From NCBI RefSeq assembly GCF_028641065.1, contig NC_073382.1, positions 8,804,001 through 8,868,000 of the forward strand: a stretch of 64,000 nt of DNA. Direction: 5' to 3'. The DNA comes from Leucoraja erinacea (Eukaryota). The notes below the pieces were generated by a model. That model was not told the origin of the DNA. It saw only the letters and a program-made list of their open reading frames with translations, and searched no databases. The number at the start of each line of letters is the position of its first letter. Within the stretch, counting starts at the first letter, position 1. Of the stretch, positions 1 through 11,615 are shown piece by piece. A program made the translations under genes and the position numbers.

Positions 1-110
1 TGGCGTTTCGGGTTCAGACTGAAGAAGGGTCTCGACCCAAAACGTCACCCATTCCTTCTTTCCAGAGATGCTGCCTGTCCTGCTGAGTTACTCCAGCATT
101 TTGTGTCTAC
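1..110 (+). mobile_element. Penelope pLTR-derived short repeat (partial)
   Basis: ctgaagaagggtctcgaccc...gatgctgcctgtcctgctgagttactccagcattttgtgtct; the same family adjoins GIY-YIG fragments elsewhere in the window. Confidence 0.7.
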
Positions 111-823
111 AATGAGAATGATTACCATCTTCAAAATGCACTCTATCTGCTCGCCAAAGCTCCTTCAACAGCTTCCCCCAAGCTTACAACTTCTACAACT
201 TAAAAGAACAAAGGCAGAATGTGTAAGGGACCACCACCACTGACAGTTTCCCTCTAATTCGTTCACAATCCTGACTTCGAAATAATTTGGTGTTTCTTTA
301 TTGGAACTCCATACTCAAAAGCACTATGGGAGCACCTTAGTCCAACTGATTGCAGCAGCTCAAGGCAAACTGGTCACCACTATTTTGAGTGCGATTAGGC
401 ATGGATAATAAACTGTGGCCTGCACAGTGATGCGCAAATCTCAAATGAATAAAAAAAAAATCTGTGTAAATCGTATGGCACCTCTAGCTGACCATTGGTT
501 TAATACTCACTGTTCAATCATTCCTAATTTCAAATCATCTGCATATTCTTTATTTAACAAGTTTTCCTAGATAATTCAAATTTAATTTTGGGTTCCAAAG
601 TTTCCAAATACCCAACTTTCAACCCGAAATGCAACATACCACAGAAAGAACAACAGCATGGACATTTCATATCCAAGGTTCTAACCAGACAGGAATGCTT
701 TTGTTGACATGGCACTTGGATGAAAAGATAGCTTACAGATTTTACTATAATTATCTACTGTTGGAAGGGACTTATGACTTCTAGACCCATTGCACTTGCC
801 CACTAAATAATAGGCTACCTGAA

Positions 824-855
<32 letters not shown>

Positions 856-885
856 GGGGGGGGGGGGGGGGGGGGGGGGGGGGGT

Positions 886-917
<32 letters not shown>
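824..917 (+). repeat. Poly-G tract (94 nt, two T interruptions)
   Basis: Seen directly; T at 855 and 885. Confidence 0.85.
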
Positions 918-919
<2 letters not shown>

Positions 920-979
920 TCCCTCTGAAACTGAGAGATGGAGGAGCTTCTTATAGTCAGAAAGGTAAAATAATCTCAC

Positions 980-1070
980 CTCCATTCAATGGCACTTTCA
1001 ACAGAGTTGAATATTTTCGGCCGACTTCGTAAAAACGTTTGCATGCTGTTTAAAGCGTCCATTGCTGTGC
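980..1070 (-). CDS. PPME1: PPME1 exon 7 (later exons lie outside the window)
   Basis: Reads TAMDALNSMQTFLRSRPKIFNSVESAIEW. TAG acceptor, GTGAGA donor, 91 nt. Confidence 0.96.
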
Positions 1071-1180
1071 CTAGAAATGTTTTTTTAAAAAAATCATTAA
1101 ATGCTTTGGAAATTATTTATACATTCATTAACAGTAAAAATTCATATATTACTCAGTGGTTTACAAACACTGTTACTCTT

Positions 1181-1486
1181 GGGCGACACGGTGATGTAGT
1201 GGTAGAGCTACTGCTTTACAGTGTCAGAGACCCTGGTTCGATCCTGACTATGGATGCATGTCTGTACGTTCTCCCCGATCTGCGTGGTTTTTCTCCGAGA
1301 TCTTCGGTTTCCTCCCCCTCCAAAGACGTACAGGTTTGTAGGTTAATTGGCTTGATATATTTTTAAAAATGCAAATTGCCCCTAGTGTGTGTAAGATAGT
1401 GTTAATGTGCGGGTAATCGCTAGTCGGTGCGGTCTCGATGGGCCGAAGGGCTTGTTTTTCAATGCTGTATCTCTAAACTAAACTAA
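1181..1486 (+). mobile_element. tRNA-derived HE1/V-SINE-like element
   Basis: A-box-like tagtggt, B-box ggttcgatcc, V-domain-like middle, CR1-like 3' end gggccgaagggc...ctgtatctc(taaac)n. Further copies near 8820-9137(+), 10090-10845(-, split), 12300-12585(-), 18277-18578(-), 45480-45705(-), 45850-46015(+), 54020-54200(-), 58340-58567(-), 58715-58870(+), 61425-61520(-). Confidence 0.85.
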
Positions 1487-1513
1487 GATGTTACTCTGAT
1501 GATATTTACATTT

Positions 1514-1905
1514 CTGGGCAGTGGGCAGGTGCTATAGACCTGCACGGGAAGGTAGACGCTCCCGCCCCCACGGGTCTCGGGCAGATGGGGCTCGTCAGCC
1601 TGGGAAGGCAGTCCATCTAGGAGAGGGAAAACCTCCACTGCCTTGTGGCCATATCCAGTCATGGAAAAGGCACCTGGAGTAAACCTCAAGAAAAATCCGG
1701 AGTCCGAGTCCCTAAGGCAGTTTGTCGTTGTCTATAACCTCGATCTGGCAGCTCCTGCGACGGCGCTGGTGCCAAACTGTAACGGCCCAGCGACGTGGAG
1801 AGGACGAGCTGCATGGGTCACAGCCTGTCCTCCATATGACATCGCCCAGGCTTGCATCCAACCAGGATGCATTACCCATGATCAGTCATGACTGCGGGGG
1901 ACCTA
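1514..1905 (+). mobile_element. Short non-coding insertion resembling an RTE-clade 5' UTR derivative
   Basis: Flanked by atatttacattt (1502-1513) and atatctacattt (1906-1917). The internal ctcgtcagcctgggaaggcagtccatctaggagagggaaaa block recalls RTE 5' UTRs; the family call is from memory. Confidence 0.55.
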
Positions 1906-1975
1906 ATATCTACATTTAAACAAGACTAAAACAACTTTGTTCTTTAAGTTTCCCATAGTAATTTAAATAACCCAC

Positions 1976-2130
1976 CTTCCACCACATCAATCACGCAGAG
2001 GCCCTGGAGAGATGGAACAAGATTCTTTGCTGCAGAATGAACTGCTATTGCTCCCCCCATACTATGGCCAATCAACAGAACTGGGGGAGCATTTGCACCG
2101 TATAGTGTGTTAATTATATCTCCAACATCC
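1976..2130 (-). CDS. PPME1: PPME1 exon 6 (catalytic GHSMGG)
   Basis: Reads DVGDIINTLYGANAPPVLLIGHSMGGAIAVHSAAKNLVPSLQGLCVIDVVEG. CAG acceptor, GTGGGT donor, 155 nt. Confidence 0.97.
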
Positions 2131-4644
2131 CTGTAAAGGAGTAATATATATATATTTTTTTAAATATAAACACATAATCATTCTCAACAAAATTGACTGA
2201 TAGACCATTTCAAACCGTACTATGTCGAGGTGAGTTATCCCATCTTGGTGTAATATACCAAACAGCCTGGTGTCAAGATATTTATCCCAAGGCTGTTCTT
2301 TCAAAATTCAATGCATAAATTGTGTATGTTACATGAATGTGTTAACCTTTAGTGTTAAATGAGTAATCTATAAATAGAACAATTATCATTCAATCCAAGG
2401 CCAAATTCAAGACCTGTTTCATCGACCTCCAGAATTGAAAAGGTGGTTCAGATTTGATAAAAAAGGAAATTAGCATGCTACATTAAATGCAATAAAAAAT
2501 CTTTCGATGCTACGAATAATTTTATGTCTTCACGTTTCGTGCATTTTGATGTAGAGGTAGAAACCAAAGAACTGAATTGATCATATTTCTTTCTGGATTC
2601 TTTAAAAGCTGAAAATCAGTTAAAACTGTTTTTTAGCTAATGAAAAACAACTTTCCAAAAGCTTCTAAAACAGTCAGAAAAGACAGAACTAGCAGATCTT
2701 GCCAAATCAAATTGATCATTTAATACATAAAATTATTTTTAAAATAAATATTGAGAGTAGAAATGAACTGATGCAGATAAAACATGCAGATAAAACATGC
2801 AGACCTAAACCATTTGAAATACATTTTAATTGCCGTTTTTCAGTGCCTAGAATAGGGTTAATTTTGAGTTAATGGAGTACTTTTGCAATGTTGCAGTGTA
2901 TTTCAAATATATAAAAAAATTAGCAATGAGTCATTGGGTATTTTCCTGAAACTAATAGTAGTTTAAATAGCAAGAACTCTGGAATAAATTATATTTATTA
3001 ACTGTTCTATTTTTGATTTTGCAGTAACATTCAACACAAACATCCTTTGGAAGTCCACATATCAATAGAATATACAGGAGTCAGTTGTTTTATTATTTAT
3101 CCATTATCCAAGAGCATCATACTGGCATTTACTGTAGCTATCAGTGTTTTTCATTACATTTTATTTTTCTAATTGCCTGGATAATATTAAACATTTTAAG
3201 GTCTGCTGCATCGAAAACTGATGTAATTAAATATTCAGCCTGAAAGAACACTTTGAAGTGAAAGTATTTTTAATAAGGATGAGAGAATTAAAATTAGGAA
3301 TATTCAATAAACCACAGTCAAGTGCAGCTGACACATTCAAGTCTCAGCTGCAGCTGATAGTTCAGTGTTAAAGGGAATGTGTATATGTGTGTGCGCACAC
3401 ATACGTGTTCACAAAAATAGGTTGCTGAATCAGAGCCAACAATGAGCTTAATGTCAGAAATGATATTTCTCCACCAGCATCTATATTTCAAAAACAGGCA
3501 TTTAGATTGGGATAAAACGTACGTACACAATCCACCTACCCTTATCTGGGTTCAAAATAAACCCAGATTACCAGTGATCATTGCTTCTTTCATATTTGGC
3601 CAATAGAGACCAAAGATCAACAGGTCATCCTCTCATTAAATATCAGCATTTACTTTATTATGATGCAAAAATAACTGATCGCAAAAAAAACCCATAGTAA
3701 ACTAAATTTGAGATAAAAACAAGAAGTCAATCATGTGCATTCGCTTAGTGCCTGCCTTTGCCTCTCTTCTCTCATGCAATGACACTTCCTTTGCAGCACG
3801 ACTCATGACAGGCTACTGAGTTTCAGTGGAGGAAACAATAAATAATAAATCAAATACAAATGAAAGATAAACCTAACCATCTTTGTGCCTGGATCATCAC
3901 CGTCTTAGCTTTGGTAATACAGCTTCAGCTGGCTACTCAGGGGCAAGAGCAAGGGTGCAGTCGAGTGATGTTTAAAAACTACCATTTGTTCCAATGAGGA
4001 ATCACTGACCTGCAATATTATTTAATTGTTTCTCCCTCTCTTCAGATACTGACTAAATTGCTGACTATTTCCAGCAATTTCTGGTTTTATTTTGGAATTA
4101 GAAATAGCAGTTCCCTCTCAGAGGACGGTCGGGATTGGCTCGGTGGCACTACCCTTTTACGTCAGAAATCCTAATAAACTATTGCCGTGCTATTGTAAGA
4201 GGGTGAAAGCCCCTTTATTATAACACTATAAACATAGAAATTGCTACCTTTCAACTTCAGCTCAAGCCTCTTGTGCAGCACAAAGCCATTGACTTATGCT
4301 GGTCGAGAAAGATACAACTACTTTCCAGAGCTACAGCACATATACATCATTAAAATAATAATCAGGCCATAAATAGATGAATAATAGCGGCATGTAGCGT
4401 AAATACTATTTCTATTAATGAGTTTCTATAAATGGCTGCAGGGTGATCAAACGGTGTTGTTAATATGATAACCTGATTCCACAGTTTAGAAAAAACTAAA
4501 TGTTTTACTCTTAATGGGAAAATGCTGTAATAATGTTAAAATTAGAGTTAGAGATTTAATATAGGAACCAATATTGTCACAAAAACTGGAATTCTCTCCT
4601 CTGAACGTCATTGGATTCTGGTTCAATTCAAATATCCAGTACTC

Positions 4645-5005
4645 GGATCCATAGTACAAAATCATGAGAGGAATAGATCGGGTAGATGCACAGGGTCTTT
4701 TGCCCAGAGTATGTGAATCGAGGACCAGAGGACATAGGTTTTAAGGTGAAGAGGAAAAGATTTATTAGGAATCTGAGGGGTAACTTTTTCCACACAAAGG
4801 GTGGTGGGTGTATGGAACAAGCTGCCAGACGAGGTAGTTGAGGCTGGGACTGTCCCAACGTTTAAGAAACAGGTACATGGATAGGACAGCTTTGGAAGGA
4901 TATGGACCAAGCGCAGGCAGGTGGGACTAGTGTAGCATGGACATATTGGCCGGTATGGGCAAATTGGGCTGAAGGGCCTGTTTCCACACTGTATCACTCT
5001 ATGGC
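4645..5005 (+). mobile_element. CR1 LINE 3' fragment
   Basis: Degenerate ..YKIMRGIDRVD..TRGHRFKV..FFTQRVV..WNKLP region, then a 3' tail shared with the SINEs. Confidence 0.85.
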
Positions 5006-5709
5006 TTAGATGTTTTGTTTCTCTTAATAGGCATCAAGAACATGGAGCAAAAGGAAATAAATGGATTTGAAGTAAAGAATAACCATGATCCATCTGAATG
5101 GCATAATAGGCTTGTGGGGCTCAGTGCCCTTCCTATGCCTCTATTGACTACAATGACTGTACTCAGTTGCCAGTAGAATTCTAGAACAAAGCTGAAAAAC
5201 TATTTCACAGTAATAACTGCATTCGAGATTAGCTGTCAAAATTTTTTTTTTTTTTCTGTTTTTATTTTCCCACAACAATTAACAACTAAACTTTGAAACC
5301 AAAATCATAAATATATGAATCCACAGATTATTTTCCTCTCAAAGCTTTGATGTAAATCTAACCATGGAAAAGTAAATAGAAAACTATCTACAGTTTCGGC
5401 CGTGCTAAGTGTGTGTTAGTTATTCATATTATTAAAAGTTTTGCAATCTTTTTGGAACACTTGCATTTCACATTCAAGATGTAACTGCAGAAACTGCTAG
5501 ACAGGATGTAGCTCACAATGGGAGATCTTGTCAACAGATGGAACAGCCCACACACAATAACATTTCACAGGTTGCTGAGGAATTATGATAAGGCCCTAAT
5601 GACCTTGCAGTAACACAGAGGAGGAATGTACTGGTACAAAATAAACAATTTGTAATTTGGTGGCTGAATCATTTACAACATGAAAATAATTACTTTATTG
5701 CCTTTGTAC

Positions 5710-5761
5710 CTGGACATTTTTTCTGCTGAAAGATTATCACTGTCTACGACTTTTGTATCAC
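5710..5761 (-). CDS. PPME1: PPME1 exon 5
   Basis: Reads DTKVVDSDNLSAEKMSR (human ETKVKNPEDLSAETMAK). CAG acceptor, GTACAA donor, 52 nt, phases fit both neighbours. Confidence 0.93.
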
Positions 5762-6349
5762 CTGAAAGATAAATAGGACCTTCAGTTAATGTTTTCATAA
5801 CAGATGGTTTCCTGCCTTCATATTAAATAAATTATGATTTGATCTTGTGCATTTGGCTTATACATTTTCATGAACAGAAAACTACCCATATTACAAACAT
5901 AAGCAAAAAAAAGGAACTATCATGCTTATTTGTAGTAACATCGCTCCAGTATTAATTAGCCTTGCAGAAATCTAGAGCTTTTGACTTAATATGTTCATAG
6001 CAAACAAAAAAAAAGCCATTCAGGCTAGTTCCATCTGCCAGTCCTCAGTCCCTACTCTGGTTGATCATACCACAAATTCTCATCCAGGTACTTTTCAAGT
6101 GTGGGTTTATGCCTTCACCGCACATTTATACGGCGAGTTTCAGACTTCCTGAACTCTGTTTTCCCCATTTAAAAAGAGTTATTATTAAACTTTTACATAT
6201 CACCTTAAACCTATATCAGCCAGTTATTGACCTATCACCCTATCCAAGCATCGCATATTTCACCAACATCAACCAAATCTTCCCTCAGTTCCAAAGAGAA
6301 TAGTTTTTTGTTTTCCTGGCAACATCCTTGCAGATCTCCTCCATACATC

Positions 6350-6950
6350 TTGTGCAAGAAGGAACTGCAGACGCTGGTTTAAACCGAAGATTGACACGAA
6401 AAGCTGGAGTAACTCAGCGCAACATGCAGCATCTCTGGAGAGAAGGAATGTGTGACGTTTCGGGTCAAGACCCTTCCTCAGACTGAGTCAGGGGAGAGGG
6501 AGACAGAGATAAGAAAGTGTAAGGTGTGAAAATGAGACATCAAAACGGATGATGGTCAAGAAAAATGTAGATTTCTTGACCATTGATTGCTAGGAGATGG
6601 TGACAATAACGCATACAGAGATAACATTTAATCGGGAAGACAGTCAGACTGGTTGGAGAACTGGGAAGGGGCAGGGATGAAGAGAGAAGGTAAGCAAGGG
6701 TTACTTGAAGTTAGATAAGTCAATATTCATACTGCTGGGGTGAAATATGAGATGCCGTTCCTCCAATTTACACTGGGCCTCACTCTGACAGTGGAGTTGG
6801 CCCAGGACAGAAAGGTCAGTATGGGAATGGGAGGGGGTTAAAGTGTTTAACAACCGGGAGATCAGATAAGTTTAGGTGGACTGAGCGGAGATATCCAGCG
6901 AAACGATCGCCGAGTCTGCGCTTGGTCTCGTCGATATATAGGAGTCCACA
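6350..6950 (-). mobile_element. Penelope-like element 3' fragment (GIY-YIG C-terminus plus pLTR)
   Basis: Reverse complement encodes ..GLLYIDETKRRLGDRFA..PSHTDLSVLG..KLEERHLIF..GMNIDLSNFK. Confidence 0.85.
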
Positions 6951-7854
6951 CATCAGTAGATGAGATTAAGGCCCGAGGAAAGGTGAAATTTCTTCACTCA
7001 TGGGATTATGAACCTTTAGAATTCCCTAGTTTTCTATTTTTATTTCAGACTGGTCAAAACTTTGTGGTTCTATTTGACCTCAAGCCATGGAACATTCACC
7101 CTGCCATTTCTAAGACAGAACATCTCCATTCCTGTGTCAGTCCAGCTCTTGCTAAACGCTCATCTCGTGCCTGTGCTACATTTAGTTTTTCCAATGTACT
7201 CCTGACCTGCTGTCATTGCAGTACCTACTGCAAACCAGAGGTCATCCAAAGCCACAGCTGGCTAGTTCATGACATTGACCCAATATTGTTCACTTAGAAG
7301 CTAGTAAAATAACACAATAATGTTAAGATTTGCAACCCCATTTTCAAATCCCTTCAAGAGTTTGCCCATTCCTGTCATTGTAAACTCCTCCAAACATACC
7401 AGACAGCTACATTCCTGAGATTGATGTTTATGCTCAAATAGTTTTGCATGTGGCAGCCATGCTTTCAGCTACCAATGTGTCAAGCTCTAGATTTCTCTCT
7501 CTAAACATCACTACCTTTTGACCACTACCTGCTCCTGCAAGAGGCTTCTGATCTGCAAGTCTGCTGATCTGATTATATGTCCAGCCAAAAGTCCTGGGAT
7601 GTTTTGCCAAGGTAAAATGAGCTGCACAAATATGAACATATTTTATTTCTGAAAAAAAGGAATTCTACACTATATTTATGAAAGACTGTTTCCTTTGGAG
7701 CATCGGAGGCTGATGCATGACCTGATAGAAACAAGCATAGGAGGGGTAGATAATCAGAGTCTTTTTCCTTGGGTGGAAATTTCAAAAGCCAGTGAGCATA
7801 GCTCAAAAGGTGACAGCAGGAACATTTTAAGGGAACGTGTGAAGCAAGTTATTT

Positions 7855-8034
7855 TTCTTTTCGGTATTTCGAGGTCGCGGGCAAAATGCGACTTCATGCG
7901 CGCTGGATCGCGTAGTGCACGTGTGAACACAACCCGTTCCGGCACCAGGAACGGCTGCAGCCCGCTCTGGCACGGGGAAATCATCCCACGGGCGGGATTG
8001 AATCCCTTCGCGGGCCACGAGTTTGACACCCCTG
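7855..8034 (+). mobile_element. hAT/Charlie-type MITE right end inside a CR1 tail
   Basis: Ends gagtttgacacccctg (TIR CAGGGGTGTCAAACTC) and is CpG-rich. Left TIR not found. Confidence 0.65.
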
Positions 8035-10174
8035 GATTAAACCATGTGCAGGCAGATGGTATTACTTTAACATAGCATCAGATCAGCACTGTCATTGTGG
8101 GCCAAAGACCCTGTCCTGTGCTGTACTGTTCTATGTATCACATAAGTGAATGGGAGGTAAATTGGCAATTTTACAAGTCACCACAGTAGAACAGAGATGT
8201 TGGTATAATGTAATAATAATTGGTATTATTATTATTATTACACATATGTAATTAGGTTTTTATAACATATCATGTTACACTGCATTACATTATATAATGT
8301 AACATAACATTATGTTAGAAAGTGCCATTGCATCTACCATACCCAAAATGACTAAGTTACCCATTTCTACTTTGCATCTGTGCGGAAGCGCAGAAAATCA
8401 TCAGGTGTTTCAACTTGGATGAAAATGGCATTATGAGTTCAATAAAGGCGATCATTGGGTTACATATGGATTGTTACAGAGAACTTCCCGTAAGCTGATT
8501 TCTCCAATGTCAGAAACATCCATTTTCTGTAGCTACTCATATCGTCTCACTCTCCACCACACACATGCTATAATGCTTTAATTTCATTAAAATTGCACTA
8601 ACATTATCCATAATCAACCCATAATGGATTACACACTGTATATAGTTATTCATTAATAGGATGAAACATTAGTATTGCTCAATTATTGAAAAATGCGTTA
8701 AAAATGTATGGTAAAACTAGCGTTGTCAGATTTCCACTGGTCACCATTGGTAACCCAGGGAGCCCCATGTTATATTTTCTCAGCAGTACAGTTCATAGAT
8801 GCCATGGAGACTTAACCAATGGAGCTGCTGACTCACAGCTCCACTTATCTGGGCTCAAGACTGACCTCTAATGCTGTCTATATGGAGTTTGCACATTCTC
8901 ACTGTGACCATGTGTGCTTCCTCTGGGTGCTCCAGTTTTCTCCCACATTCCAAAGATGTGAATTGGTAGGTTAATTGGCTTCTATAACTTCTTCCTAGCA
9001 TCTATGTGATTGGCAGAATCCGGGAAAAATTGATAAGAATAAGAGGAGAATAAAATGGGATTAGTGTAAATGGATGCTTGACAGTTGACGCAGATGCGAT
9101 GGGCTGAAGGGCCTGTTTCCATACTATATAACTCTATGCCCTTACAGACACCTGGAAATAATTGTCTCCCAAGCCCTGGGAGACAAAACAACTGACTCAA
9201 ACATTGTACATGTTATGGTTTACAAATATTCTGTTCAGCTCTACGTTTTGGGAACATCAAGTCAAAATGTATATGCCTAAGAATATTCACTACTTATCTC
9301 TAAGTCTGAGAGGACATAGTCTATGTTACCATGTTAGCATAGAAAGTTCTAGTGCCAGAATCTCATGTTTTGTTATGCTGTTAAACCGTGTAAAGAAATT
9401 ACTTCAGGGGCGTTTTACGAACTACCGGTTAATGGTGTTTTAAGGATAATGCTTTCCTAAATATACGAGGGCAGCAAGTCAAAAATTGCAGTAGCCTCTG
9501 AACTCATTTCTAGCAGAAACTAAACTGTGAAGGTAGACACAAAATGCTGGAGTAACTCAGGGGGTCAGGCAGCATCTCTGGAGAGAAGGAATGGGTGACG
9601 TTTCGGGTCGAGACCTTTCTTCAGACTAAACTGTGAAATTGGCTCATATTGGCTATTTTCTAAAAGAATAGTTTCTATTAACCAAGAAGCTTAATTTTGT
9701 GTAGTTGAAAATCATTTTGTTTTATGATATAAACAATGTACATATTGCTCTCCGATAGGTTTTGAAGATGAATTCAGAAATATAGCATAAGGTGGCCATA
9801 ACGTCATGGTCTACCACGAAGGATTTGATTTTGCTCCTGACCACATTACTACAAATGTGATATGTCCATAATCCAAGAGATTAGTGTCTTTTAGTACTTT
9901 GTTGTGGATTCGAAAATCGATAGGAGCTGTATAATAAATGATGAGAGCGAGTGGGACCATAAAGTGGGAATACTTGAATAGACATTTGGAGTATACGCAA
10001 GTTTAAGACCGTGTACTAACATTTGTAGTTGGGGGGAGGGGGGGGGCAGAGAGCCAAAGCACAAGGTATACAAGAAAGAAATAATGAATTTAGAGATGCA
10101 GCATGGAAAAAGGCCCTTCGGCCCACCGAGTCCGCACTGATCAGCTAGTTCACGAACACTATCCTACACACTAG

Positions 10175-10628
10175 TGTGAGAAAAGGGTTTATAGGGATGG
10201 TTGAATTATACTAGAACTCTGAAAAATATAACTTAGAAAGAAATTAGCTTATCAGCAGAAGCCAGACTGCTGGTAGAATAAAGTAACAATATACAGAACA
10301 GAGAGAAATTCTAGATAAAAAGTAGCAAACAGATAGAAACTTCAGCAGAAGGCCTTGGGAGTCTTTGACGTCAGGAGATGGTCCGAGACATTCCTGGACT
10401 TTCTCGTGGGAATGTGGGCTTTATGTTATGATTGGACGAAACTCGATGGGGAGACATGAGGTAGTGACCATAGTGAAGAAAAGTATAAAGATAGAAATCA
10501 TCTCCATTTTCTTTGTGCCTCTAGGGGACATCAGAGGAGAGGCACCTATTCTGCAGAATATGAAATTAATAAAAACACTTCTTTGTCTGAATTTGTCTCA
10601 AGAGCATTTGTGATTTTTGAATCTCACA
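10175..10628 (+). mobile_element. Solo LTR (454 bp) inserted into a SINE
   Basis: TGTGAGA...TCTCACA termini and CTAG 4-bp TSD (10171-10174, 10629-10632). TATAAA at 10484, AATAAA at 10568. Removing it restores the SINE sequence cctacacactagggacaatt. Confidence 0.85.
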
Positions 10629-11067
10629 CTAGGGACAATTGACAATTGACAATTTTACCAAACCAATTATCCTACAAACTTATACGCCTTTGGAGTGTAG
10701 GAGGAAACCGGAGCACCTGGGGAAAACCCAGGTGGTCACAGGGAGAACTTTCAAACTACGTACAGACAGCACCCGCAGTCAGGAACGAACCCGTGCCTCT
10801 GGTGCTGTAAGGCAGCAGCTCTATTGCTACGCCACTGTGCTGCCTACTAAACACAGGGAAGCACAGTCTCAGAGAAGGATCTGAATCAATGAAAACTTAT
10901 AGATGTTCCTAAAAAGAATCAGATCCACTGTGTTCTTAAAAGTGATGAAACATGAATAAAAATATAAAGCCATACTAGTTTAAAAAGAAACAAAATGGAG
11001 GTTTCTTTATCAAACCTAATGACAAATATTTTTAGCAGCTAGAATAATATATATTTTTTATCAGAAG

Positions 11068-11524
11068 GTAGACAAAAATGCTGGAGAAACTCAGCGGGTG
11101 AGGCAGCATCTATAGAGCGAAGGAAATAGGTGACGTTTCAGGTCTCGACCCTTCTTCAGACTGATGTGGGGGTGTGGGGGGGCGGGAAGAAAGAAGGAAG
11201 AGGCGGAGACAGTGGGCTGTGGGAGAACTGGGAAGGGGAGGGTAAAGGAGAAAGGAGAAAGCAGGGACTACCTGAAATTGGAAAAAATCGTCCCTGCTTT
11301 CTCCTTTCCACTCCCCTTCCCAGTTCTCCCACAGCCCACTGTCTCCGCCTCTTGCTTTCTTCTTCCCACCCCCCACCCCCCACATCAGTCTGAAGAAGGG
11401 CCTCGACCTGAAACGTCACCTATTTCCTTCGCTCCATAGATGCTGCCTCACCCACTGAGTTTCTCCAGCATTTTTGTCTACATTCGATTTTCCAGCATCT
11501 GCAGTTCCTTCTTAAACATTAAAT
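11068..11524. mobile_element. Inverted pair of Penelope pLTRs (~200-bp arms)
   Basis: Arms 11068-11268 and 11290-11481 are near reverse complements with a 21-nt loop. Direct repeat ttttttatcagaag at 11054-11067 and 11525-11538. Confidence 0.85.
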
Positions 11525-11557
11525 TTTTTTATCAGAAGTTAGTTTAAATGAACTTAC

Positions 11558-11615
11558 CATGGCCTCGCAGGTCTACTGCCACAACTCTGCATTTAACACG
11601 ACTGATAATCAAGGA
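11558..11615 (-). CDS. PPME1: PPME1 exon 4
   Basis: Reads SLIISRVKCRVVAVDLRGHG. CAG acceptor, GTAAGT donor, 58 nt. Confidence 0.96.

Noticed and set aside
511-566. Possible PPME1 exon 8 (minus strand, TAG...GTGAGT, 56 nt)
   Set aside because: No resemblance to the expected VKSGQIRNLESARVSM, and it has a stop in the required phase. At most a cryptic exon, with no support.
1181-1260. tRNA genes
   Set aside because: The A and B boxes belong to SINE heads that continue into SINE bodies, and no full cloverleaf is present.
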